Below, in pieces: positions 1 to 11,605 of a stretch of 64,000 bases of DNA (positions within the stretch are counted from its first letter, which is position 1; each line of letters opens with the position of its first letter). This DNA comes from Somniosus microcephalus (Eukaryota), in contig CM126222.1 of NCBI GenBank assembly GCA_052327205.1, positions 54,374,001 to 54,438,000 on the forward strand. Direction: 5' to 3'. Under the pieces are notes generated by a model that worked only from the letters and a program-made list of their open reading frames with translations, ran no database searches and was not told where the DNA came from. A program made the position numbers and the translations under genes.

Positions 1-123
1 CTCACGTTGGCTACTGTTTATCAGAGTGTCATTCGAGGGAATATCTTACACTGCAGAATGAAAAGAGAATCTAGTTATTTTTGTGACGTTGTGCTTTGGT
101 CTATTAAAGTGTATTTTAATACT

Positions 124-840
124 GGCCCAGATTTTCCGATCGCAGGCCTCCCGCGGGCGGAGGGCTGCGATCTGGGAAAATCCGCGCCCTGACCGGAGGG
201 CTCCCGGGAGGCGCAGAGTTCCGGTGCTGGGCCTCTCCAAACTGCCGGTGCGCAGGGCCCACGTATCCCAGAGGCGCAGGTAGTTCGCAGCGCACGTGGG
301 CCATGGGGAGCCAATCACAGAAGGGAATCTCCCTTCATACATTTGACAGGAAGACCTGTCAAATATATGAATGGAGATCACCCCCAAAAACATACTAAAA
401 CTTCAAATAAATTTTTTTTTTTAAATCACATTTTTAAAATGACTTGAAGTTACATAAATTAACTATTTTAAACAAAATTAAAATTTTTGAAAAAAATAAT
501 TTAAGTTTTTAACGAGGCTAAAAATAAACTTTAAAGTATTTTTAATTTAATTGATAAATCAGTGGGAATTTTTTTAAAAACTTTTTTCAACTGTTATCCT
601 GGTAAAAGCAGGCCTTACGCCTGCTTTTACCAGGTGCAAGAATTGTAAGTGTTTTCTATGGGCGGAGGGTCTCCAAAAAGCGGAACTCTCCACCCGCAGA
701 GGCCCTGCTCCAGATCTTGACAGATCGGAAATGCCGGTTTCCGGCGTATGTGCAGTGCATGCCTGAAACCGGCATTTCCGATGTCCCTACGGGTAAGTAC
801 ACGGCACGTACACACCCGTAGGGATCGGAATTTCTGCCCC
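124..840. mobile_element. Non-autonomous DNA transposon (MITE), PIF/Harbinger-like
   Basis: Imperfect TIRs GGCCCAGATTTTCCGATC (124-141) and GATCGGAATTTCTGCCCC (823-840). ACT flanks both sides (121-123, 841-843). GC-rich ends, AT-rich centre, no transposase ORF. Superfamily inferred from GG-starting TIR plus 3-bp TSD. Confidence 0.7.
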
Positions 841-3489
841 ACTGTCTTTATATCTGTCATTGTATAAAATGAACCTATGCGTGAAAGTGTGCAATACAAT
901 AAAATATCTTTATTTATGGGGAAAAGAAATACCAGAAACCCAGCAAACTAGCATAATTCTAGTTTTTAAAAAAAAATCAGGTCCTGCAAAGTATGTCCTT
1001 GACTTCTCCTGAAGAGGGAATGGAAGTTTGGATATTGGCTTGTCCCTAATTTTTAACAGACTTCAAGCATTAGAGTGAAGGTTATTTCAAGGGGCTACAT
1101 TACAGAAGAAGAAAAATATTAATGTTATAGGAAAACCGAGCTTTAATATAGGTACTGCAATTGACATCTCATCAGAGAACAGTTCCAATATGAATACTAC
1201 ACTACAAATTTTATTTTATTATTACCATTACAAAAACCAGAATGTGCATGAAGCAGTCACTGGACCTCTGGATTTTGAATTCCTTTCGTGTAACACTACC
1301 TGTATTCCAATATCAGAAAGTTGTTATTTTGTACCTGATAGTTTAACAAATGTCTTTTACAAGCCATTTCCCATGCTTCTGCCGGTAATCTGAGTAATGG
1401 CTTTCTCCATGACTGTAACCACTGTTGTCCTGTTATTGGCTGGCAGAAGGCAAGATTCAAGGAGGCGCACCAGATAATGTAACTTTTTCCTCCTTTCTTC
1501 TCTACTTTCTGGCCGTTTGACCAAAATAAAAAAACAGATAAAGCTCACCTGATTGAGATGGGAGGATTTAAGTACCAGGCAGCCCCTTCTGGTCAACAGC
1601 TCAGTTAAAATACTGGCCATTCCTAGCTGTTTATTAGTAATAATATATAAATAGAGTCCGCACAAACCCGTGGTTTACAAAACCTCCACTGTTGTGGCCT
1701 GTAACTCCATCGCATGTGAGACTCGTGTGTTAGAAGATAGAGTGCCACTCGGTCAAATATTTTTCACAATTCACTGCTTATTGATGTGCATCACATCTGC
1801 ATAACTCATTTTTATGTCATATGTTTCTCTGTATTTTTAAGGGTACCAGTAAGCAGGAATTGGAAGGCTAAAAGGAATTCTCAGAAACTCGTGAATGAAT
1901 CAGTATTTGTGGCATGAAATTCTAAACCCAAGAAAACCTGAATTCAATTTTGTAATTGAACGCATATACTGGAGTGATGTGAAGAATCCAATGTTCATGT
2001 TTTAAAAAAAACCTGATCTATCCTTTGTGGTGTACATTTGAAGAATATTATATATATTTAATATGACAGCTTTCCTTTCCAGGCTCCCAGTGCAGCCTGT
2101 AGAATTCCTACCACCCCTCGCCCCACCCACCGCCACCCAAAACTGGGGTATCATAAAGAGGGATATTGTGTGATATATTTTCAGGACGAATTAACAGAAT
2201 GTCTCCAGATTGGCAATGGCTTGTGTTGAGATTTGTACTTCTTTCTTTTCTTTCTTTCTGCACACAGCTACATTTTTCTTCCACACACAATGTTAGAACA
2301 GGCCCATCATATCCAGTTATCTTCACACAGTTTGGTGAAAGATGTGACTTAATTCCGTATATGCCACATTGTTTGGAAGTAAAATTTTGCTCCAGCTTCA
2401 CAATTTCTCTTACTAGGTTTAACTCTCACCTTATCCTGGCAAGGGTCAAACCTTAATATATTTGCTGCAAGTTAATGAATCTAGCCTAGAATTTACAGTT
2501 GGCAGATGTTAGCGCAGAAACACCGAACCTGTTTGTAACACATTCCTCTGTCCACTATGTTAATGAGGGCATTAACCTATTTATCTTAAATGGTTTAACA
2601 CCACTGCTGAAATAACAGATAGAAGAGTGTCATCCGAGTGTTCACTTGCTAATGCTTGGCAACAGTCATCTCTAAAAGAAATGGCATTTTACAAAGATTG
2701 TGACAACATTTACTCTCGGTCATAAAATAAGTACAATTAATACCACAGCAGCCTGAGCCCCACAGTGTGCAAAATGGTTTGGTGAAGGCAGGTACATTAA
2801 AGGCTGGGGTGGAGCTTCAGGAGACGTGATCATATTGACTTCTAATGGGGAGGGAATGTAGACAAGTCTCCATCTATCCTGAGAAATAGTGACGATGGAG
2901 TTAACTTCTTTTTCCTACACAGTTAGTGTTTCTAAATTATCTGCTGCTGAGCCCACAGGGCTGTTTTAGACATTTCTTAAGCAAGTGGCTTTGTATGGAG
3001 ATCAGACACTACTCATTTGGGAAGGATTCAGTATATGCGAGTCTCACATCTAATGGGTGAGACTTGAAATATGGGTCTGTAGAGGGATTGTAAACAAACT
3101 CGAGGTATATAGCTTCCTGTGTTTTGTAAAGCTATACATTCTTTTACTGAAATGTCATTGGTTTATAATGACAGTTAAGTCGAAAAATGTTTCCTGAATT
3201 TTACGCACGGAGGGAAATATAATCACCTGGTAAGTAGTTTTCATGTTAACTATCCTGCCCAGCGTGAGTGCAGAGTGTCTGCGAGACCTACACACCGCGG
3301 AGAGGGATGGGAGCAGCCACTGATTCAATGGATCGATCAGCAACCATAAAAAAAGGATTTTAAAAATTACTTTCAACTTGAAAATCTGAAGTGAAAGGCA
3401 TCTCAGAAAATGAGCATAAACAGAACCAATTCTTCTAGCTCTACATCCAAATTCAGTTCTCGTAATGGGATTGGACTCTGCTTTCTGGG

Positions 3490-3572
3490 ATAGGCCACTC
3501 AGCAGGGCAGCACTGCCCTTTCACGCCTGCGAGATGGGTTTGAATTCAGTTCCCGACAGAAGAGATAAAGGT
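3490..3572 (+). mobile_element. Degraded tRNA-derived SINE head, interrupted by the MITE at 3576
   Basis: GCCCTTTCACGCCTGCGAGATGGGTTTGAATTCAG resembles a decayed tRNA-like head with a B box. Confidence 0.3.
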
Positions 3573-3575
3573 TTG

Positions 3576-4264
3576 GGGGGGGGGGAAATTCAGTATCACC
3601 CCGTTTGGGGCGCCATTATCGGCCGTGCGCAAAGTTTATCGCCTGGCGCTAATTTCGCTTCCGACAGCAAACTTGGCTTTTATCGCCCCTGGAGGTGATT
3701 GGAGCGCTAAATCAGGCGCTTCACACCTGTCTTAAGACGCAAAGGCCGAGGAGTGAGGCGCTACCTCAGAGCGCTGGCGAAGCAAGGAAGGGCAAATCAA
3801 AATAAACCTGCAAAGTGCTGCTCAGTACCCAAAACTCCTTCACACGGCGTTGAATCTCTCCAGAAGTCTCTCTCTCTCTCTCTCTCTCTCTCAGAATGCG
3901 TGGTGCAAAAATGTCACCAGCAAAAAAAGGGCAGGAAGCGGTCGCCTTTAAATAGCGCTCCCCCAGTCCCTTTCTGACAGCAAAACTCTCCCCTCAACCT
4001 GTCGTTGCTAGCGGCAGGCGGTAAGGCAGGGGGCGCCACTCAATATCCGGTCCGGGGCGCTAACGGGTCGTTGCACACTCGACTGACGTCACAATCTGCT
4101 GGCGCAGGAGATCGTGGCGGTAGTGTTTAGCGCCGCCGCAAAATGTCTAGTTAATTTCGCGAGCGGCGCAAACATCGCCGCGCCCGGGCTCTAGTTGCTT
4201 TGCGCCCCAATTGGCGCCCTCTGAAGGCGCTAACGGGAGGCGCAAACAACTGAATTTTTCCCCC
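3576..4264. mobile_element. GC-rich Harbinger-like MITE (same family as 34903-36097)
   Basis: TIRs (G)nAAATTCAGT and ACTGAATTTTTCCCCC. TTG flanks both sides (3573-3575, 4265-4267). Many subterminal GGCGCWAA-like motifs. Colinear with and highly similar to 34903-36097. Confidence 0.8.
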
Positions 4265-5312
4265 TTGATGTTTAGGTCAATACGGGTTTCCCCCCCCCCC
4301 CCCCCCGCCAAGAACACAACAAAAAGTTAACTTTATTGTTTCAAAAGAAGTCTAAAGATATGGCAGCAAGACGGTTAACAGGGATGACCTATTTCAGAGG
4401 CTCTGCTTTCCAACTTTTTAACGCTGAGTCACCTGCTGCTTCCAAGTCCTGTCAGGAGCTGGCGCAGGGTGGAAAGGGCTGGTCTTCACATTTTAGCCTG
4501 AAGACAGCAGAGCCAGGTGTGGAGACTGCTGTGTCTGTAGGTGTAGGAATGTAAACCACATCCAGCAGAATCATCTCATTGCTATTCAGCAGGCACAAGG
4601 CCTGATGTGGGCGGTAGCTGGCAACAGGTCTACAAAACTCAGATCACTTCCTTACTTCTATACTGAATTAATCTCAGACTCTTAAAGCCGCATGAGTCGG
4701 TAGGAAGTTATTATTAACATTTGCTGCAAATGGTGTGTGCCACATTAACACTTTAAAGACCAAAATGGCACTTTTGGGCTAAGATAAAAATAGAAAGATG
4801 TGAATACATCTTATCTCAGTTTATTAAGACAACGTTGCGAATTGGTGCATTCTCTGGTTCAGCGCCCGCGTTTATCTTAAATCTGCTTTACAATATTCAG
4901 TACTAGAAATTTGGCAACACTTATTTTCTCTGGTATAACATTTTCTAATTCAATATTTTCAAAAGTTACCCTGCATTCAAAGAGTTAAAGCAGACCTGAC
5001 TCTTGGCAAGCCAGGTGAATTGTTGGGCGAATGTTTGACAAGGCAGCGAATGGGGGAGGGGAAAGCAGCTGTGTTTCATTTTCATTGCAATGTTATCACA
5101 GGCAGGCGACACAATGACATGTTTGTGATGCAGGGACGCATGTGGCCTGCAGAGACCCGGGAGTCTGGGAATTTAAAAATGGGAGAAACCAATAGCGTTT
5201 TGGACAAAATAGAGGTTACAGTATCATGAATTTTTCAAAGTCATTCACTATATACTGCAGCTGTGATGTTGCTTGTTGCAGCCTGCGTGGAGTTTGTGTT
5301 CAGACTGCATCC

Positions 5313-7880
5313 AGCCTGTATTCAGTCTGCACCAAGCTTGTATTCAGTCTGCACCAAGCCTGTATTCAGTCTGCACCAAGCCTGTATTCAGTCTGCACCA
5401 AGCCTGTATTCAGAATGCACCAAGCCTGTATTCAGTCTGCACCAAGCCTGTATTCAGAATGCACCAAGCCTGTATTCAGTCTGCACCAAGCTTGTATTCA
5501 GTCTGCACCAAGCCTGTGTTCAGTCTGCACCAAGCTTGTATTCAGTCTCCACCAAGCCTATATTCAGTCTGCACCAAGCCTGTATTCAGTCTGCACCAAG
5601 CCTGTATTCAGTCTGCACCAAGCCTGTATTCAGTCTGCACCAAGCTTGTATTCAGTCTGCACCAAGCCTGTATTCAGCCTGCACCTAGCCTGTATTCAGT
5701 CTGCACCAAGCCTGTATTCAGTCTGCACCAAGCCTGTATTCAGTCTGCACCAAGCCTGTATTCAGCCTGCACCAAGCCTGTATTCAGTCTGCACCAAGCC
5801 TGTATTCAGTCTGCACCGAGCCTGTATTCAGCCTGCACCAAGCCTGTATTCAGTCTACACCGAGCCTGTATTCAGCCTGCACCAAGCTTGTATTCAGTCT
5901 GCACCAAGCCTGTATTCAGCCTGCACCAAGCCTGTATTCAGTCTGCACCAAGCCTGTATTCAGTCTGCACCAAGCTTGTATTCAGTCTGCACCAAGCCTG
6001 TGTTCAGTCTGCACCAAGCCTGTGTTCAGTCTGCACCAAGCCTGTGTTCAGTCTGCACCAAGCCTGTATTCAGTCTGCACCAAGCCTGTATTCAGTGCAC
6101 CAAGCTTGTATTCAGTCTGCACCAAGCCTGTATTCAGAATGCACCAAGCCTGTATTCAGTCTGCACCAAGCCTGTATTCAGTCTGCACCAAGCCTGCATT
6201 CAGTCTGCACCAAGCCTGTATTCAGTCTGCACCAAGCCTGTATTCAGTCTGCACCAAGCCTGTGTTCAGTCTGCACCAAGCCTGTATTCAGCCTGCACCA
6301 AGCCTGTATTCAGTCTGCACCAAGCCTGTATTCAGCCTGCACCAAGCTTGTATTCAGTCTGCACCAAGCCTGTATTCAGCCTGCACCAAGCTTGTATTCA
6401 GTCTGCACCAAGCTTGTATTCAGCCTGCACCGAGCCTGTATTCAGTCTGCACCAAGCCTGTATTCAGTCTGCACCAAGCCTGTATTCAGTCTGCACCAAG
6501 CCTGTATTCAGTCTGCACCAAGCCTGTATTCAGTCTGCACCAAGCCTGTATTCAGTCTGCACCAAGCCTGTATTCAGTCTGCACCAAGCCTGTATTCAGT
6601 CTGCACCAAGCCTGTATTCAGTCTGCACCAAGCCTGTATTCAGTCTGCACCAAGCCTGTATTCAGCCTGCACCAAGCCTGTATTCAGTCTGCACCAAGCC
6701 TGTATTCAGTCTGCACCAAGCCTGTATTCAGTCTGCACCAAGCCTGTATTCAGCCTGCACCAAGCTTGTATTCAGTCTGCACCAAGCCTGTATTCAGTCT
6801 GCACCGAGCCTGTATTCAGTCTGCACCGAGCCTGTATTCAGAATGCACCAAGCCTGTATTCAGCCTGCACCAAGCCTGTATTCAGTCTGCACCGAGCCTG
6901 TATTCAGAATGCACCAAGCCTGTATTCAGTCTGCACCGAGCCTATATTCAGTCTGCACCAAGCCTGTATTCAGCCTGCACCGAGCCTGTATTCAGTCTGC
7001 ACTGAGCCTGTATTCAGAATGCACCAAGCCTGTATTCAGAATGCACCAAGCCTGTATTCAGTCTGCACCAAGCCTGTATTCAGTCTGCACCGAGCCTATA
7101 TTCAGTCTGCACCGAGCCTGTATTCAGCCTGCACCAAGCCTGTATTCAGCCTGCACCAAGCCTGTATTCAGTCTGCACCAAGCCTGTATTCAGTCTGCAC
7201 CAAGCCTGTATTCAGCCTGCACCAAGCCTGTATTCAGTCTGCACCAAGCCTGTATTCAGCCTGCACCGAGCCTGTATTCAGCCTGCACCGAGCCTGTATT
7301 CAGCCTGCACCAAGCCTGTATTCAGTCTGCACCGAGCCTGTATTCAGTCTGCACCGAGCCTGTATTCAGTCTGCACCGAGCCTGTATTCAGTCTGCACCG
7401 AGCCTGTATTCAGTCTGCACCGAGCCTGTATTCAGTCTGCACCAAGCCTGTATTCAGTCTGCACCAAGCCTGTATTCAGAATGCACCAAGCCTGTATTCA
7501 GCCTGCACCAAGCCTGTGTTCAGTCTGCACCAAGCCTGTATTCAGTCTGCACCAAGCCTGTATTCAGCCTGCACCAAGCCTGTATTCAGTCTGCACCAAG
7601 CCTGTATTCAGTCTGCACCAAGCCTGTATTCAGTCTGCACCAAGCCTGTATTCAGTCTGCACCAAGCCTGTATTCAGTCTGCACCGAGCCTGTATTCAGT
7701 CTGCACCGAGCCTGTATTCAGTCTGCACCGAGCCTGTATTCAGTCTGCACCGAGCCTGTATTCAGTCTGCACCGAGCCTGTATTCAGTCTGCACCGAGCC
7801 TGTATTCAGTCTGCACCGAGCCTGTATTCAGTCTGCACCGAGCCTGTATTCAGTCTGCACCGAGCCTGTATTCAGTCTGC
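5313..7880. repeat. 22-bp minisatellite, about 117 copies, unit AGCCTGTATTCAGTCTGCACCA
   Basis: Directly visible tandem array. The 22-aa periodicity of the ORFs equals three 22-nt units. A degenerate extra unit precedes it at ~5290-5312. Confidence 0.98.
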
Positions 7881-9571
7881 AGGGCTGTGAAACAGATGCT
7901 ATCATCTTGGACCACCAGTGACTGTTGTGGAAAAGATGATAAATTGCATAAATTGCATATCACAGAAACACTGACAATATTCATCTTGAGATGCTACTGA
8001 TCTTATCAGAAGCAAGCTTAATTGCTAAAATACGCAGCAGAAAATGGGCAATATACTGATATACTGGAGTACTGTGAAATATAAATCCATTGTGATTATG
8101 CCATATTTGTGTCTCTTATCGTGACCATTGTAAACTGGAGTGATTTTGACAGTAACAATGGCTGGATTAGACAGATCACGAGAAAACTAATTTACTTGAA
8201 CAAAGAAGGTTCAAGTTACTAAAAGATTGCAGAACTGATTGTATTTGTAAAAACACAAAAAGTGTTATTTCACAGAACTTCAAAATAATGATTGTGCTAG
8301 CACCCATAATACTTGAGGTCAGTCAAATGTGATCAAATTCACTCAGATTTTTGAACTTTTGTTAACGGCACATTTTCTTTGTGATAACACACAGCTTCAG
8401 ATACTCCTGCAGGCCAACAGTATCTTAAATGTGAGGGGATTCATTTTAAAATGTCATGTTAATAATTAAAGTTTTGTGGAAATGCATTTAATTGACTTAA
8501 TTTGTGGTCCTTACCACTTTAATAACAACTTGTAGCTCTGGCATCTTAGTACAAATGGTGTGCTGCAGTACAGTAATTATAGACAAGGGCTGTATAATAT
8601 ATATAAAATGAATACAGAAGAAGGAGGTTTCTGAATAGGAAAGATACACGTGTGACCCTGAAGCCTTTAAGTATTAATGAATATTATGATGCTGCTTCAA
8701 GGGGCGAAGGTGGTTGAAACAGGTGTTCAGGATGAATTTTTTCATTGGTTTCTAACTCTTCAGGGATCTGCTCTGAGTAAAAAGGGTCCATGTTCTTAAT
8801 TTAACATTGCACACAAATCAATAACAAGCCATTTATTTGCTAATTTATTTTCTTTCTTTATGTGCAATGTATCTGGGAAATTGCCCGGCATGACTAAAAG
8901 TTAACCAATTTGTCTTCTATAGAAGTCTAACTTCAAAATTTGTCTCGCTTCCATTTCAATCTGATATTAAACTTCGTAATCTTCGCAGTTTGAATAGCGT
9001 CGACGACAAACAGTTAACAGGTACAGCTGACTGGATGGGGAGTAGTGTTGGCAAAGCTTCTTTTGGATTGAGGAATTTAGAAATGGTGGGCAGGGAAAGC
9101 ACAGAATAGTACAAATTCTAAATTCCAGAATCTCAAAAGAACTCTGTTAACGAGTTCTGATATGGACCATACTGTCTATCGACCGTCTTGAGCTATAGTA
9201 AACATTAATTATAGTCAAATAATGAAGCTGTTACTAATAAATAAGGAAATAAGTTTGAGTGTAAATTATGAATTTGTGGATTAATTTTTAGTACTAATTC
9301 TATAATTTGAACCCAGAAGCCGTTTGAATTCTGGATGAGGACAATTTTTTCCTGCCAGTTTCTCCCCATCTCTTGCTGAGCTATAATGACACCGATACTG
9401 ACCATCCTCATTTACCTCGCTCAACGGGCTATTCTACATGTGGTAATCTGGGCTATTTGACTGTGGTGGGTGTCATGTAGTGCCCACACATGCGCATGTT
9501 CCAGCACAGGATGCTTCTACTCTGTAGGCCAGACATGTTAATGGTCAACTGTGGCATGCAGTTTACTTACT

Positions 9572-9798
9572 GAAATAACAACAGAAAACGCTGGAAAAAC
9601 TCAGCAGGCCAGGCAACATCCGTGGAGAGAAAATAGAGTCAATGTTTCAGGTCGAAGACCCTTCGTCAGGACTTCGACCTGAAACGTTGACTCTGTTTTT
9701 CTCTCCACGGATGTTGCCCTGGCCTGCTGAGTTTTTCCAGCATTTTCTGTTGGTATTTCGGATTTCCAGCATCTGCGGTATTTTGCTATCATATTAAG
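9572..9798. mobile_element. Palindromic Penelope-like element (PLE) terminal-repeat relic
   Basis: Arms 9572-~9658 and ~9673-9759 are reverse complements, followed by a short tail. Possible degenerate TSD AGTTTACTTACTG / AGTTTATTCACTG (9560-9572, 9799-9811). Related copy at 33672-33887. Confidence 0.7.
9637..9673 (-). ncRNA. Minimal type I hammerhead ribozyme motif (probably decayed)
   Basis: Minus strand reads AGUC-CUGACGA-A-GGGUC-UUC-GACCU-GAAA-CAUU-GACU: CUGANGA and GAAA cores, 5-bp stem II, 4-bp stem I. The opposite arm keeps GAAACGUUGAC, suggesting CAUU is a CpG-decayed CGUU. Confidence 0.6.
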
Positions 9799-10910
9799 AG
9801 TTTATTCACTGCCTTTGCTGAGATCAGCTAAGTTATGTGGACAGTTCTAATCAAATCCTCTTGTGGGCGGGTGTCTTGATACGGCTAACTGTAGGAGTTC
9901 ATAATGCATTGTTATAATCATTTAACCTATTTGGTGACAATAAAAAGGATGTGATTTAAAAAAGGTAAAGGAGAATAAGAAAAGGTGACAGCACTTTAAG
10001 GGCGACCAGCATAGGCCATTCTGGGGAAAGTCTCATAAGATTATTGCCAGACTTCACATGAAATGTATTTTGTTTGGACTAAAACACGTAACTTTTGGGA
10101 GTGGGGGCTCTGCACCCTGAAGATTCTGCTTCGGTCCTATGTTTTAATTTTTACATTTGCCGTTGCCTCTGGTGACTGATGGAATGAGCAGCTCATGCAG
10201 CGATGCTCTGTATTGCTGGAGGCTCAAGCAACCACCATTGGTGCCCCCTAAGGTCGAGGCTACTGCTGGCTATAGCGCTGTACCATCAATGCAGCATGAG
10301 CCTCCACAAAAGCTTTGCTGCGTAACGTAACTTTCCGCTGCTGATGCACAGGAAAGGAAGCCAGGACTGCAAACCTAAACATAGATTAATCCCGAGGTGG
10401 AGACGCTTTGTTCTAGGACTTTATCTGCCCTGCTGGAGTCCCTTATCTCCGATTTGATATTCTCGAGGTTTCCTCCCGCGCTTTTATGCTGTGGTGTTCT
10501 GCAGTTCAGTGCAGAGCTGAAAGTCGATGCTATCAGATCAGTGGAGAGCCTTTAGCAGCACACGTAAACCTTTAAAATTATTATCGTCTGCTCAGGAACA
10601 AGAAGTGGTCCGACCGCTTTCCAGAATCAGTCCTTTTAGTGATAAGAAATGTTAATGTCTCCCTCAAAACAAAGCAGGCTTATAATGAGGGGATGGTCCC
10701 AGTAGTTAGTTTAGAATGTGGCCTGTTTGTTACTTAAATGCCTATGTTATCTGCATATGTATATCTAAATAAAGAAGTTCATCTGCATAACAACCTGCTT
10801 ATTGCTTTATGTTGGTGGTGGAGGATTTCACTACAGCCCTGAAAACCTACTGCAGTTCCAGGGCTGCCCCGGAGGGCTGGATGGGTAAATTTACCATGCT
10901 TCACTCAGCC

Positions 10911-11422
10911 GCCGCCGCCGCCTTCTTCTTAGGCAGTCCCTTGGAACTGAGGATGACTTGCTTCCACATTAAAAATGAGCTCGCAGGTGACTGATGAGTC
11001 CAATGTGGGACCTATAGTCTCTGTCACAGGTGGGGCAGACGGTGGTTGAAGGGGCGGGTGGGTGGGGTGCTTGGGTTGACGTGCGTTTCTTGCGCTGCCT
11101 GCGCTTGGCTTGCGCTTGCTCCCGGCGAAGAGACTCGAGGTGTTCGGCGCCTTCCCGAATGCTTCTCCTCCACTTTGTGCGGTCTTGGGCCAGGGATTCC
11201 CAGGTGTTGGTGGGGATGTTACACTTTTTCAAGGAGGCTTTGAGGGTGTCCTTGAAGCGTTTCCTCTGCCCACCTGGGGCTCTCTTGCCGTGCTGGAGCT
11301 CCGAGTAGAGCACTTGCTTTGGGAGTCTCCACGCTCAATCAGCTCCGATGGACGGGTCACATTGTCCGCATGCCCAATACGAGACTCCCAAAACAAGCGC
11401 TCTACTCGGAGCTCCGGCACGG
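10911..11422 (-). mobile_element. RTE-clade LINE 3' fragment with inverted 5' segment
   Basis: Minus strand encodes LYSELQHGKRAPGGQRKRFKDTLK...WESLAQDRTKWR...CPTCDRDYRSHIGLISHLRAH, an RTE-type C-terminus, followed by an (AAG)n/(GGC)n tail. Plus strand 11329-11422 encodes the upstream LRWTGHIVRMPNTRLPKQALYSEL. 9-bp TSD CACTCAGCC (10902-10910, 11423-11431). Confidence 0.85.
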
Positions 11423-11431
11423 CACTCAGCC

Positions 11432-11605
11432 TTACAGGCCAGGAGGGCAGCAGGTTAAGTCCATGGTCTGCACTGAGTCAGCCGGGGGCTGCAGAAGGGG
11501 GTCGTAGAATCGGGCTGGGGGAGGGAAAATGATCCGAGTGATTTATACTAGGAAGTACATGTATCTGGTCTTTGGGTGAGGATGGGATCAGAGCCCATCT
11601 TGTTG
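11432..11605 (+). mobile_element. Old SINE-like interspersed repeat, split by the RTE insertion
   Basis: Diverged similarity to 14130-14260, 17355-17660 and (minus strand) 18915-19375. Confidence 0.4.

Noticed and set aside
2065-2150. Strong-looking acceptors here and at ~45365, ~52090 and ~55818 as extra exons
   Set aside because: No recognisable BAHCC1 peptide or convincing paired donor follows, and such sites are common in long introns.
3190-3234. BAHCC1 first coding exon ending at CTG|GTAAGT (GGKYNHL reading)
   Set aside because: Wrong phase for the downstream exon and no real similarity to the BAHCC1 N-terminus.
5313-7880. CRISPR array
   Set aside because: Units are directly adjacent with no unique spacers, there are no cas genes, and the context is vertebrate.
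5226-8000. 924-aa and 882-aa ORFs as protein-coding genes
   Set aside because: They arise from a stop-free 22-bp repeat, show no domain, are open in several frames and lie in an intron.
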